From Felis catus (lineage: Eukaryota): a DNA stretch of 64,000 nt. Position 1 is the stretch's first letter. Every line of letters starts with the position of its first letter. Made by a program: the position numbers and the translations under genes. This document shows, one piece after another, positions 8,376-22,438 of this stretch. The stretch spans positions 18,042,001-18,106,000 of the forward strand of contig NC_058381.1 of assembly GCF_018350175.1 (NCBI RefSeq). Reading direction: 5' to 3'. The notes below the pieces were generated by a model. That model did no database searches, had not been told where the DNA came from, and was given only the letters and a program-made list of their open reading frames with translations.

Positions 8376-11300
8376 GAGCCTCCCTCAAATGAGTACAGTA
8401 TACTGTAACTACTCGGCCAGGCCCTTGTGAGGGTAAAGGGGAGTGCGTGAGTGAAGAACCTGGTGCCAGATAAAGAGCAGAGAGCAGTATTAATTGAGTG
8501 TGCAGATTGCAAATGACAAAGCAATGAGGGAAGGTGCTCTGGGGGTGCCTTCCCATAGTCCCCTGAAGGACTCACCGGTCAGGCAGGCTGTGAAGAGGTC
8601 CCCGCAGGCCACATGTTTGATAGTCACGCCCGACTGGCCCTCCAGGAAACGGGAGACGAACTGGGGCTGAGGCTGCTCCACGGCCCCGGGCAGGAGCGCG
8701 CCCCCTCCGGCGCCTAGGGGCGGGGCCTGTCGGAGGCCAGGAGGGCGTGGGCGGCGCCCCGGCCGCCCCTGCTTGGCCCCTGCTTGCCCGGGGCCCCCCT
8801 TGCGGTCCAGGGCCACCCCAGCCTGCTCACCTCCCAGAGGATAAGGCGCCCCGAGCGCGTGACGCCCGCCTTCTGCGTGCGCCCAGCTGCCACCTGGACC
8901 ACCTCTGTGTTGAGCATCGGCAGCCGCAGCGGGGCGCTGAGCCCACCGCCCCACGCGTAGACTGCCGACAGGGGTGGCGGAATGGCCGGCCGTGCGGGTC
9001 CCCGGGGTATACCTGCGGGGACAGTGCATCAGGCCTATTAAACTAGTGGGAATGGCTTGGCGGCCGTGGGCACCGGCCGGGGGCTCCGACTTACCCCTGC
9101 AGCGGGCGCCTGTGGTCCTGCTCCCTGTGCTGCCGGGGGCCATGGGTGGCCCTGGGACCAGGGACTTCTCTGCCCTGTGGGTCGGGGGTGGGGGTGGGGG
9201 TTCAAGACCTGGCCCATTCCTGGCACTCCCACACGCAGGAATGGAGGACTTGCCCGGAGGTCCCTCTGCCCCAGGCTCATTGTGCTCCCATTGGGTGCTC
9301 CCCTGGGCCCAGAGTCCCCCCTCCCTCCCTGCACAGGCCTCCTCATGCGGATGCTCCCCAGGTCGGTGTGGAGGTTGAGGAGGGCGCGGATGCAGAGTGG
9401 CTGTGCCATGATGTGGCTGAGCGGTGGCCGCTGTGAGGGCTCCAGGCTGAGCAGACTGAGGACGAGCTGGCGCAGCTCAGGGCTGTACCGGTCAGAGATA
9501 GGTGCAAAGGTGCCACTCATGATCTTCAGCACCAGCGCTGGCAGGTTCTGTGAAAGCATCAAGTGTGAGGTTGGCCACAGCCGGAGTCATGCTCTTGGGT
9601 GGCAGCGTCTCCCCGCCCCAGGTCTAATGGGGTGGTCATTGCCCTGCACTCAGAGCGTTCAGTCTGAAGAGGGGACTCCCAGTGATACAGCTGCTGAACC
9701 CTGCTCTCGAGAACTCCTGATCGGGGAGCTTAGCTTCACTTATGTCCTCAGGAACTCAAGCCTTGCCCTTAGGAGGGTCCCTAATCTGATGGGAGAGCTC
9801 TGCTTTCAGGAGTCCTCAGTTTAGCGGAAAGGCCCAAGCCCTCCCTCAGGAACCCATAGCCAGAGGGAAGTCACAGCCCTGCCCTGGGCTGACCTACCGG
9901 TCTGAAGAGGGAAACATAACTCAGCCAAAAGAGAAGAAATAAGAGGTGGCTGGAGCCGAGGACTTCCTGAGGAGGGACAGAGATGTCCTAGTCGTCCCCA
10001 TGGGGGTGCTAACTCACCGCAGCTTCGAAAGCCCTCTTGAGACTGGCCAGTTCATAGAGGACACAGCCCAGGGCCCAGATGTCACTCTTCTGGTTGTAAG
10101 GCTTGCCCTCACACAGTTCAGGGGAGATGTAGCACGGAGTGCCCACCACCTGCAGGGCGGAAGAGGACATTATTATAGCCTGAGGGTGGGGGAGGGAAGG
10201 CTCTGTTCAAGGCCCACTGGGAGACAGCTTCTTCCCAAAGCAGGCCCAAGTGCTTCTTCCTGCAGCCAGCCAGGGCCTAAGGGGCCAAGGTCTTATGGTG
10301 AGGAGAGAGTTGGGGCACACAGTGGGCCTTGGCCATCAAAACCTCCAGCACCCTTGAGTTCCCCTCCACGCCCAGGCACCGTGTAGGCCTTGCTCTTGCT
10401 GCTAAGGATCTTGGAGATGCCGAAGTCCCCGATCTTGACAACCATGCGGTGTTTGTCAAGAAGGATGTTTTGAGTCTTAAGGTCCCGGTGCAGGATGAGA
10501 TGGGTGTGCACGTGATGGAGCGCGAGCAGGATCTGCACAAAGAAGTGCAGGATGGTCTCCTCCTCCAGCAGGGAGTTACAGCGTTTTTGGATGAACTCAG
10601 CCAGGGTGCCACCTGCAGCCACAAGGAACCACTTCAGATCCAGGTCTCCCCATACCTGGGACTCTCCTTTTATGAAACTAAGCCCAGAAAGGGCAAGGGC
10701 CTGCTAGCCTCACACAACTGGGATGAGAACTCTATACCTCTGACCCTCCATCAAACTCATTCTGAGGAGGGAAGCCGGCTGATCTGTGTCTGCCTGTCCC
10801 AGAGGTGAGAGGCCCTTGGAGCCAGGACAATGCAAGGAGGCTGGCCCACCTGGTGCGTATTCCATGGCAATCATGAGGGCCTTGTCCTCCAGGAAGTTCT
10901 CATAGTACTCAATGACATTGGGGTGATTGAGTAGCTTGAGGACCTGGCACTCATTTTGGGCTGCCTGCCGCTCTTCCTTGGTCATCTGCTCCACTGGGAT
11001 CTGCTTGATGATCACCAGCTTCTGGTCAGCCTTGCGCAGGCACAGGTGCACAATCCTGGGGACACAGAGTACAGGGGTGGGTACCAGCCGAGCCTCCAGC
11101 CACACATCAGGCAGGGCAGACCTGGTCACTGGATAGTACTTAAGAGAGGGGAAAGGAAACCCAGACTAAGAGATCATCTAACTAAATGCACAGAACACTG
11201 AGTTTAGGAACAGGGAGAATTGACCACAAACTCTGTGTGAGACCTTAGGCAAGTCATTTAACTTATTTGAGATTCAGTTTCACCAAAGACACAGTGAAGT

Positions 11301-12920
11301 TAGTCTTGATCTCCCTACGTTCCCACACACCCCGGAGTTAACTGCCTGGGTTCAAATCCTGGCTCCTCCTCTTACTACTTATCTACTCTTGCATTATATG
11401 ATGTTATCATCTGAAAAACAGAATCAACTTCCCTGGGTTGCTGAGAAAATACACGTAAGGCACTTAGCACAGCGTTTGGCACATCAAAAATGCTCAATGA
11501 GTAGAAGCCATTTACACTATTATTTTCTTCCAACTCTGGTTAGTATCCATAAAAAGCAGGATTCTTGTTCTCCTTCGCAACCATATCCCCAGAGCATAGC
11601 CCAATATTTAGCACACAGGAACTCAATAAGTATCTACTGAATGAATGGATGATATGAATGAATGATCATCTAAGTATCAAATTTATATTTGATATATCTC
11701 TCCTCTGAGCCCCAGACTAACAAATCCAACTACCTGCCTTGCATCTCTACCTAAATGGCTTGCATGCATCCTTAATTTTAACAAAAAAATCAAAATAGAA
11801 CTTTCGATTCCTGCCCCCAAAACCTTTCCTTTCTCAGTCTCTTCCATCTCAGTAAATGACACCACCACAAAGTCAGACACCCTGAAAATCATGCCAAAAT
11901 CTTTCCTCCATTTCAAACTAACACATCAACAAATCCTGTTTCTACCTCCAAAATATTGTGAACTCATCCATTTCTCTCTCTGATTTCTGCTACAACCCTT
12001 GGCCAAGTCATTATTTCCTGCCTAAAATACTGCACGAGTCTTTAAAATGGTACCTTCACTTTTGTCATCCTCAAATCTAAGTTCCATACAGCAGCCCGAG
12101 TGACATTTTAAAAATGCAAATCACATCAAGACCATTCTGCTTAAACCTCTTCCCTTTACACTTCAAATAAATTCAACCCCTTTATCTCCGCCCATAAGGC
12201 CATAATCTGGTCCCTGACCTCTGTGACAATCTCATTTTATACCATTCTTTCCCTTGCCCACTACATTCCAACTTCAGTCTTTTTTTCGGTTACTTGAATA
12301 CTCTGAATTCTTTCTCACATGAGGTCCTTCCCATAGACGGTTTCCTCTCTTTGAAAAGCTCTGCCTTCACCTTCGAATTACTGGTCTTCACTCCTTAAGT
12401 CTTGGCTTTAAACTTCACCTCTCAGGGAAAATTTCCTTGACCATCCCAAATAAGTACTCCCTGGTGTATACTATGCTCGCAGCTTGTTAGTAACTGCTTT
12501 AATATCTTGTTTATTGTATTATTTCCCTACAGTCTGTAGGCTTCGAGAGAGAAAAGGCCACGCCTATTTTGGTCTTGACAGTATACTTGGCGCCAAGAGC
12601 CAGACCGGTAAGAGTTGGCGCTCAGTATTCGTAGAATGAATGAATCAGGCATCAAAGAACAGAACTCTGCGGGGGCGCACAGGCTTGTTGGGGGCGTGAC
12701 CTCCTTAGAGGCGGAGTCTCCCAGCAGGGACTGAGACCGGAAGTCTGGGCGGGGCTTTCCAAGTGTGCGCTCACGCTTCGGGGCGGGGCTAACCAGGCAG
12801 AGAATTCGCGGACAGAGCTGGGACTTACTTTCCCTCTCCCCGACCAGTTTCCTTCCCCAGATCCCTGGCTCACCCGAAAGCACCTCTCCCCACCACTCGG
12901 ATCCGCTCGTACTTCTCCAT
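4938..12920 (-). CDS. NEK8: NIMA-related kinase 8 (NPHP9): kinase domain plus RCC1 repeats, 698 aa
   Basis: Exons 12874-12920, 10850-11055, 10380-10612, 10018-10149, 9339-9547, 9095-9174, 8831-9012, 8576-8726, 7810-7886, 7363-7480, 6332-6482, 5932-6095, 5668-5826, 5344-5502, 4938-4966 total 2097 nt, frame intact. Starts [16 protein letters not shown], has [11 protein letters not shown] and RCC1 motifs ([18 protein letters not shown]), ends VTDEPIPP*. Intron 5 is GC-AG. Confidence 0.97.
5363..5376. promoter_or_regulatory. Perfect RFX X-box inside NEK8 coding exon 14
   Basis: GTTTCCATGGCAAC matches GTTNCCATGGNAAC; function untested. Confidence 0.4.
6224..6240 (-). promoter_or_regulatory. Candidate CTCF site in NEK8 intron 11
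   Basis: Minus strand agaACTAGGGGGCGCTG matches the 3' part of the CTCF core. Confidence 0.4.
6751..6972 (-). mobile_element. Young Can-SINE (SINEC_Fc type) with 12-bp TSD
   Basis: tRNA-derived head GGGGCGCCTGGGTGGCTCAGTCGG, (CT)n tract, A-tail. TSD tgtctgtccttt at 6739-6750 and 6973-6984. Confidence 0.95.
8085..8306 (-). mobile_element. Can-SINE, older
   Basis: Degenerate head, (CT)n tract and A-tail. Confidence 0.85.
8570..9150. promoter_or_regulatory. Intragenic CpG island over NEK8 exons 6-8
   Basis: Dense CpG in exons and in the short introns 6 and 7. Boundaries approximate. Confidence 0.6.
11230..12650. mobile_element. MIR fragments (about 11230-11520) followed by L2 fragments (about 11540-12650) in NEK8 intron 1
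   Basis: gaccttaggcaagtcatttaac, gggttcaaatcctggctc, and L2 3' signatures gaatgaatg. Boundaries approximate. Confidence 0.6.
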
Positions 12921-13030
12921 CTCATTTCTCAGTCACATTTCCGGAACCCCTACACCCAGACGCGGCGCGTGCGCGGACCCGCCCACCCTAGGGCCACGCC
13001 CCCTACGTTGCAAGATAATTGGGGGCGGAG
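12660..13030. promoter_or_regulatory. NEK8 promoter / exon 1 CpG-rich region
   Basis: GC boxes (gggcggggc, ccacgcccc), ETS-like ccggaa sites and cgcgtgcgcg around the NEK8 ATG. Confidence 0.7.
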
Positions 13031-14749
13031 CAAGTGAGATTGGAGTTGGTTCAGCCTTGTATCTGTTGTGTGCTGTTTACTGGGTGTTACCAGCCCCCAC
13101 CCACAGTTACTTTTTCAGGGTCCGAGGAATGGAGTGTTATGCCGTTTCTTGGCGCGGTTAGCGGTACGGTACCAGCCACTTCCCACACACATCTCGGCAT
13201 CCGGCCCTCAAAAAGCTTCCTTAGAGCGGAGGGGTGCCCTGCACAACCGTGTGAGGGTGGAAAGCCAGGACCGACCTCTCAGCGCAGCACCTCTTTGCCC
13301 ACTAGTGACGCTATTTCGAAAGGGGAGAGCAGATTCTCATTGGCACGCAAATGATGAACTACCAAAACTGTACCGAGAGCGTCAGCACTCTCGGTCTGTG
13401 GGGCAGGGAGCAAGGTTAGCTGAGTTTCGTGTTTGCCTAGGGAGGGACCGGGGAAACCCCGAGCTGTGCAAATTGATTCACCTAGGGTGGAGGAGACACG
13501 GTCTCCAGGCCGTCCGGACTTGTGAGCACCGCGCTCGTCAGCACTTCCAACTCCCCCCTGCACACACACAACTTTGCCTCAGGTAATCTGCCTTCAATGC
13601 TCAACTGTAGGGAGAATCTCCTTGAGAGGGGGATGAAAGGGAAGTGGACCACTATCTGAAAACAACAGAGAGAGGAGGAAAGGGAGCTGTTTGGCCGATG
13701 TGGGTTCAAAGCTTCTGCCTAAACGTAGGGGACTGGTCAGTACGATTGTCTTGAACAGGAGTGAGTTTAATTCCTGTTGTCTCCCTGTGCCGCCTCCTCT
13801 GTGTGAGCTCCATAAAAGCTCAAAGAGCGAGAGGATGATTATTAGCTAAGGGATAGCGTCCCTATTTCTGAGTGAATGAGGAATGTGAAGAAAGGAGTGT
13901 TTATGTTCTGTCCAGCCCCACCCCTCAAAAGGGTACTCAAACCTACCCAAGTGGAAGGACCACTTGAGGGTCCCCACGAGGGGCCCTCGGTCGCTGCCTC
14001 AGGCTGCTCTTGGCTGATAAACAAAGCTGCCCTGTGACTAAAGGGGAGCACAGAGGGGAAAAGCCGCTCAACCCGGGACACTCGTGCTCTCACCTAGAAA
14101 CCAATCGGGCCGTGGTTGACCCAGGAGCCCCACAGGGGTTAATATGTAACCGTGGAGCTATCAGGGGAGGTAGAGCAAACACCCAAACCTCTTGGTCCCC
14201 TAAGGCTTCTAGCTTTCCCTCCCTCTCGCAGCAGCTTTTCCCTAGCTCCCCCCTCCCCTCCAGCTACACCCTTCCACTCCCATACCGCCACCCCCAGCCC
14301 CAGGTTCTCAGCAGTTCGGGCATTAGCTCTTCGTTCCACTGGAGGCGGGAGGGGATCCCGCCCCAAGGTGGGGATAGGCTGACACCTAGTGACCGCGAGC
14401 TGCAACTGCCTCGGGCCGCTGGCCTGAAGAGTAAGCGTCACCCCAGCAGCCCCGGCAAATCCGCGGTCTTTCCTCGTCCCAGTCTCCAGGGAGCCAGAAG
14501 AAGAGAGCTGGGACTGTCTGAGGGAGGATTGTGACAGCCGCACGGTCCCGGGAGCCCAAAAGCGAGCTGGGAAGAGGGGTGATGATAGATTAGTCGACCC
14601 TTTCCAGGCACGGAGTTGATGCGGGGCGCCATACCCGCAGAAAAACTGGCCTGAAGAAGCTAGAGATCCAGTGGAAGAACAGGGTATGGGCGGAGATCAT
14701 TGTCGAAGTGAGGCTCGGATCCATCTGCAGGACCAGGGCTTAAAGGACC

Positions 14750-15560
14750 CGGGTGTGTGACGGGCCCCGCCCCGCTCTGCCAAGATTGGAGTTGAGGGAG
14801 GAGAGAGTGTTCTCTCAGTGCCCGCCCAGGAGGGGGAGCCGGTAGCCGCGGGGAAAGTAGGGACGCGGGTTAATGAGGCCAAGCGAGCGAGGCGGGGCTC
14901 CATCGGCAGTCGGGAGGGGCCAGAGAGGGGTGCCGCGGGGGTGGCGGCGCCCCCAGTAGAGCTCCTTTTCGCCCGAAGTCCGCGGGAGCCAGGCGGGGCC
15001 GGGAGACCCCGCGAAACGGCGCTCACGCCCTGGGTGCAGCCTAGGAGCCGGAGGGGCGGGAGCAAGCGGCCGGGGCGGAGCGGGGCGGGGCGGGGCGGGG
15101 CGGGGGCGATAGGGGGCGGGGACAGAGGCCCGCGGGGAGGGCACGGGAGGAGCGCAGGGGCCTAGAGGGCTCCACGAAATCTGTGCGAGGCTGGCGGCCG
15201 GCAGCGAGGCGGCCGGGGTGGACTGGCCCGAGAGGGAGCGCCATTCCGGGAGCAGTCCGAGGAGGCCGCCTCGAGGGCAGACAGACGGCAGGGAGGGCCA
15301 GCATGCCCCCACTGCTTCACCCCGCCCTGCCGCTGCTCCTGAGCGCCACGCTGACCTTCCGGGGGCTCCGGAGAGCGCTCTGCTGCCTGCCGCTGCCGGC
15401 GCACGTGCGCGCCGACCCCCTGCGCACCTGGCGCTGGCACAACCTGCTCGTCTCCTTCGCCCATTCCATCGTGTCTGGAATCTGGGCGCTGCTGTGGTGA
15501 GTAAAGGACTGGGGTTTTGAAGGTGGGTGGCTAGGGATCCCGCGTTACCCTCCGCATCCC
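14750..15560. promoter_or_regulatory. TLCD1 promoter CpG island with tandem GC-box array at 15055-15125
   Basis: (GGGGC)n run and dense CpG immediately upstream of the ATG at 15303. Confidence 0.8.
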
Positions 15561-16731
15561 TCTCGGGCAGGCCGAGGCCATGCAGTCTTACCTGATTTCC
15601 CTGTTTGAAAACTCTCCAACTAGGAGCGGCAGAGGACCCAGGGGGAGGGGAAAAAAAAAAATCCCATCTGGGAAACGGGAGACACCTGGGTTTCAGCCAG
15701 GCCTCTCTCCTCACTGCCCAGTCAGCCAATAGCGCGAGCTCAGATCCCCGGGGACTGGGAAGGGTAATGGGGGATTAGAGGGTCCTTAGGGATGCCGAGA
15801 TGTTGAGAGCCTGCTTTCTTCGCTCCCAGTATATGGCAGACCCCGGAGTTGCTGGTGGAGATTGAGACGGCATGGTCGCTTTCTGGCTACCTGCTAGTTT
15901 GCTTCTCCGCAGGTAGGTCTTGCCCAGAAAGCATTAAGTAGGTGGGGGACGGGGAAAAGCTTGTTCAGGTCTTTTCATGACCTTTTTCTCTCTCTGCTAG
16001 GGTATTTCATCCACGACACGGTGGACATCGTGATTAGTCATCAAGCCCGAGCTTCTTGGGAATACCTGGTTCACCACGTCATGGTAAATGAGACGCAGGG
16101 GATATGGTGTAGGCCTGGTGCTAGCAATCTAGTCTCAGCCTTGTCTGTCTGAACCTGGGAGGTAAAGACCCATCTTTTTCTTAACCCCATTTCTAACCTG
16201 TGTCCTACATCCCATTGCTGGGACAGAGGGTTGGCATTGTTTCTGTGCTTTTGGCTATTTTAAGCCAGCAATCCCTGGCCTTACCTAGTATCTCAACAAA
16301 CTGATGGTATCTGGGTTCCCTAACACATTCTCACCCGTGTCTTCCAGGCCATGGGTGCCTTCTTTTCAGGCATCTTTTGGAGCAGTTTTGTCGGTGGGGG
16401 AGTCCTAACATTGCTGGTGGAGGTCAGCAACATATTCCTCACCTTCCGCATGATGATGAAGATCAACAATGCCCAGCACCTTCTCCTCTACCGGGTCAAC
16501 AAATATGTCAATTTGGTCATGTACTTTCTCTTCCGCCTGGCCCCTCAGGCCTACCTCACGCACTACTTCTTGCGTTATTTGGGCCAGAGGACTCTGGGCA
16601 CTTTTCTGCTGGGTATCCTGCTCATGCTGGACATCATGATCCTCATCTACTTTTCCCGTCTCCTCCGCTCAGACTTCTGCCCTCAGCGTGTCCCCAGCCA
16701 GCAACACAAAGACAAGTTTTTGACTGAGTGA
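15303..16731 (+). CDS. TLCD1: TLC domain-containing protein 1 (calfacilitin), multi-pass membrane protein, 247 aa
   Basis: Exons 15303-15496, 15830-15912, 16001-16083, 16348-16731 total 744 nt, all GT-AG. MPPLLHPALPLLL...WHNLLVSFAHS...GYFIHDTVD...YLVHHVM...EVSNIFL...HKDKFLTE*. Confidence 0.97.
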
Positions 16732-17381
16732 GAGGCACAAAGCCTACAACTTGTGGCAAGAGCAAACACAGCCAAGAACAGAGCCTCACACATATATGAA
16801 AGAATTAGCCCCAAGCCTGGGGCATCCTGGGGATAACCTCTCCACCTTTCAAGTCTGCACCTACTATTGAAAATGCTAATGAAAGCACTCCTCCGGAAGT
16901 CCTTGTCCTTTCTTGGGCAAGGGGTGAGGAAAGCAGACAGACCGGTTGGACATGCTGGTTGGGTGCAGGGACAAGGTGCTATGAAAGGCAGCCATCCCAC
17001 ACTGCCCTGAAGTGGATGCTAATGAGAATTGTGTATTGTGTACTGGTTTCATACAAAGCCTCTTCCAGGGATAAAGGGAGGGGTTCTTGTTTTTTCCCCT
17101 ACCACTATGATGGTGGCAAATGGTAGTTGTCCTAGGACAGACAACCAACCCTCATCTGGGCCACAAATATTTGAGTTCCTGTTGCTAAAATGTTAACAAG
17201 TGCGGTGAGGTACTAAAGCAGAGTGTTCCAACAGGGTAAGTAGACCAAGAGTCTTGCCCAAGCCTTGTTACTGTGGTGTGTATACACCACAGTATGGCCT
17301 TCCTGAAGCCCAACCAGAAATCGACAGAGAAACATATATGTTGAAAAAATTTATATTTAGATTTAGCCAGCTGGACTCAGT

Positions 17382-20390
<3,009 letters not shown>

Positions 20391-20399
<9 letters not shown>

Positions 20400-20630
20400 C
20401 TTCGTGAAAGGGATTTCCGAGGCTTGTTTCCAGGGGCTTATAGAGCCAAGTCTCACGGAAGAATCGCGATACTTTTCATTTAAAGCTCATTGGATAATCT
20501 ATGGCGCGGAGACCGCCGGGAATGGTAGTTAGGTTTAGTTTCCTCCCCAGAGCGATTAAGCATGCTCCACCTCTTCCCTCGAAAGACACTATAGCTTCTT
20601 GGGAGTTGTAGTGTTTTGGAGACACGTGTT
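20391..20630 (-). promoter_or_regulatory. RPL23A core promoter: TOP/TCT initiator, TATA-like box, CCAAT, ZNF143/THAP11 site, E-box, YY1
   Basis: Pyrimidine initiator CCCTTTC at 20412-20406; TATAA at 20442-20438 (-30); CCAAT near 20489-20493; ACTACAACTCCCAAGAAGC at 20612-20594; CACGTG at 20623-20628; GCCATCTT over the ATG. Confidence 0.8.
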
Positions 20631-20909
20631 TATTTGCTGCTGCGGGTGGATGGTGGATGGTGCAGCCAGCTGCCGCTTGCGTTTGGTCCTGAGCGCTTTC
20701 CATCTTGTGGAAAGAGGATCGTAGTTGCAGGAGACAGTAACACTGAAAACTGAAGTGAATATAATTAGGTTGATTTGGAGAGTAAAGCGAAGTTCTAGAA
20801 CGTTAGAGCAGAATTTGGTTCAAGTCCTTCAAACAACATCTGTAGAAATTTGGGTCCAGAGAGGGGATGTAGTTTATCAATAACAGTGATTTGGTGTTAG
20901 AAAAAGTCA

Positions 20910-21143
20910 AGGGGAGCCTAGGTGTCTGCCGGTTAAGCGTGGGACTCTTGATTTTGGCTCAGGTCATGATCTCACGGTTGGGGAGCTGGAGCCCCACATT
21001 GACAGTTCGGAGCCCGCTTGGGATTTTCTCTCTGCCACGCCCGCATGTTTGCGCGCTCGCGGGCTCTCTCTCTGTCTCAAAATAAATAAGTAAACATTTT
21101 TTAAAAATAAAAAAAAAAAAAAGAAAGAAAGAAAGAAAGAAAA
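20910..21143 (+). mobile_element. Can-SINE with (GAAA)n tail
   Basis: ggggagcctaggtg...ctcaggtcatgatctc...tctcaaaataaataa. Confidence 0.85.
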
Positions 21144-21883
21144 GTTTGAGTCAGGCAGAGGGGAAGAGGAAAGTATCCGAAGAGGTAGAAGGTGGCCACA
21201 TCTGCCCCTCTTTACCCGTGACAGTCAGATTTTGTGTGTTTTCCCAATAATACTCTTGAAACTCTACCAATATTCCAAACACCCAGTGTACAGATTTCTC
21301 CAGGATTTGCTAATTCTTGTGAATAATTTCATTTACAGTCCCCTCCCTTTAAGTAGTCCTCCCATCCTTGCTTCAGTCATGTTTGCATCCTCAAAATCAG
21401 TTCCTGACACAGAGCAAGTTTTAGTAAAGCTCAGGTTTGCTTCTGTGAGGGTCTGTGTCTATCCCACCTCCACCTTGACCTTTCTTTCTTCCTCCTCTCC
21501 TCTTTGCCCCTTTGACAGTGAGAATTACTGTGTGCCACACCCCTCTTTTATCCTGCAGAACTGCAGAATGGAAAAGTTGTCCTTGAGGGTTGGTTCCAAT
21601 GGGACCAGAGAGAACGCCTATACCAGAGCAGAGGCCCCATGTCCCAAAGCGGTGACCTACCCAAAGGGCAGAGTTTCAGGTCTACCTACCCCTTCTTTAT
21701 CTTCCATCCAGGCGTGGTCTTCAGCCTCCCCACCCGTCAATCTACACCGCTTTAAAGGAAAAGACACCAGACTTCAGACGTCTCTTTTCTCGGTGAGCAT
21801 CCCATTCCGACCCTGGCATCCCCTGTGTGCTTCCCCCCACCCCATCCTATCCCAGGGCAGAAGGGCGAGCGAGGGCAGACTCT

Positions 21884-22028
21884 ATGAGTCACGTCCTGGG
21901 CCTGGAGTTGAGGAGGGAAGCGCCGCCTCTCCTCGGGCCCCTTCTCTCCTCCTTTCCCCTCCCCGCGGGTTCCTGGCCTAGCCAGATACTGCGCAGCAAT
22001 CACGGTTCTCCATCACCAGTTTGCCTGG
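21884..22028 (+). CDS. Upstream alternative first coding exon of the RAB34/NARR locus
   Basis: ATG at 21884 encodes MSHVLGLELRREAPPLLGPLLSSFPLPAGSW..., resembling the recalled N-terminus of the long human RAB34 isoform. Strong donor TGG|gtaagg. Confidence 0.55.
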
Positions 22029-22438
22029 GTAAGGGTCCCCTTGAAGCCGCAGCCCGGCACAGAGTTGCAAGGGAGAGCAACCTGGGAGACCTCGATCTGG
22101 ACAGGTTCCAGCCTGCGTGGAGGCGGTCCCGGTGCCCGTGGGGCATCTGGAAGGGTAGCCAGAGCTGGGGCAGCGCAGTGGGGAGGAGAGGAGGGGAGGT
22201 TGGGACAGCCCGCGAGGCCGGGAGCTGCCGGGAGAGGGGCGGGGGGCGGCCCTTCTCCAGGAATTTCCGGGGATCATGTTACAGCGCTCGCGGAGGGAGA
22301 GCTGAGTGGGACGCCAGGTCCTGCTGCGGTCTGGGACCCAGGCCCCCTCCTCCAGCAGCCCGCGGGCCTTGCAGCGCCATCCCTGAGCACACTGACCCCG
22401 TGCGGCGGGGCCGTTCCGCGCCCCCAGGCAGCTCTGTT

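Noticed and set aside
8490-9824. ORFs 8490-9143 and 9057-9824
   Set aside because: Read-through of NEK8 exons and short GC-rich introns, or their antisense shadow; explained by the NEK8 structure.
12987-13020. X-box-like GTTGCAAGATAAT in the NEK8 promoter
   Set aside because: Several mismatches to the consensus; too weak to call.
14815-15729. 304-aa antisense ORF over the TLCD1 promoter
   Set aside because: Non-ATG start, CpG island and (GGGGC)n-derived Pro/Ala/Arg content; no coding signature.
21232-21981. 249-aa plus-strand ORF upstream of RAB34
   Set aside because: TTG start, no domain, and it runs through ordinary intergenic sequence.
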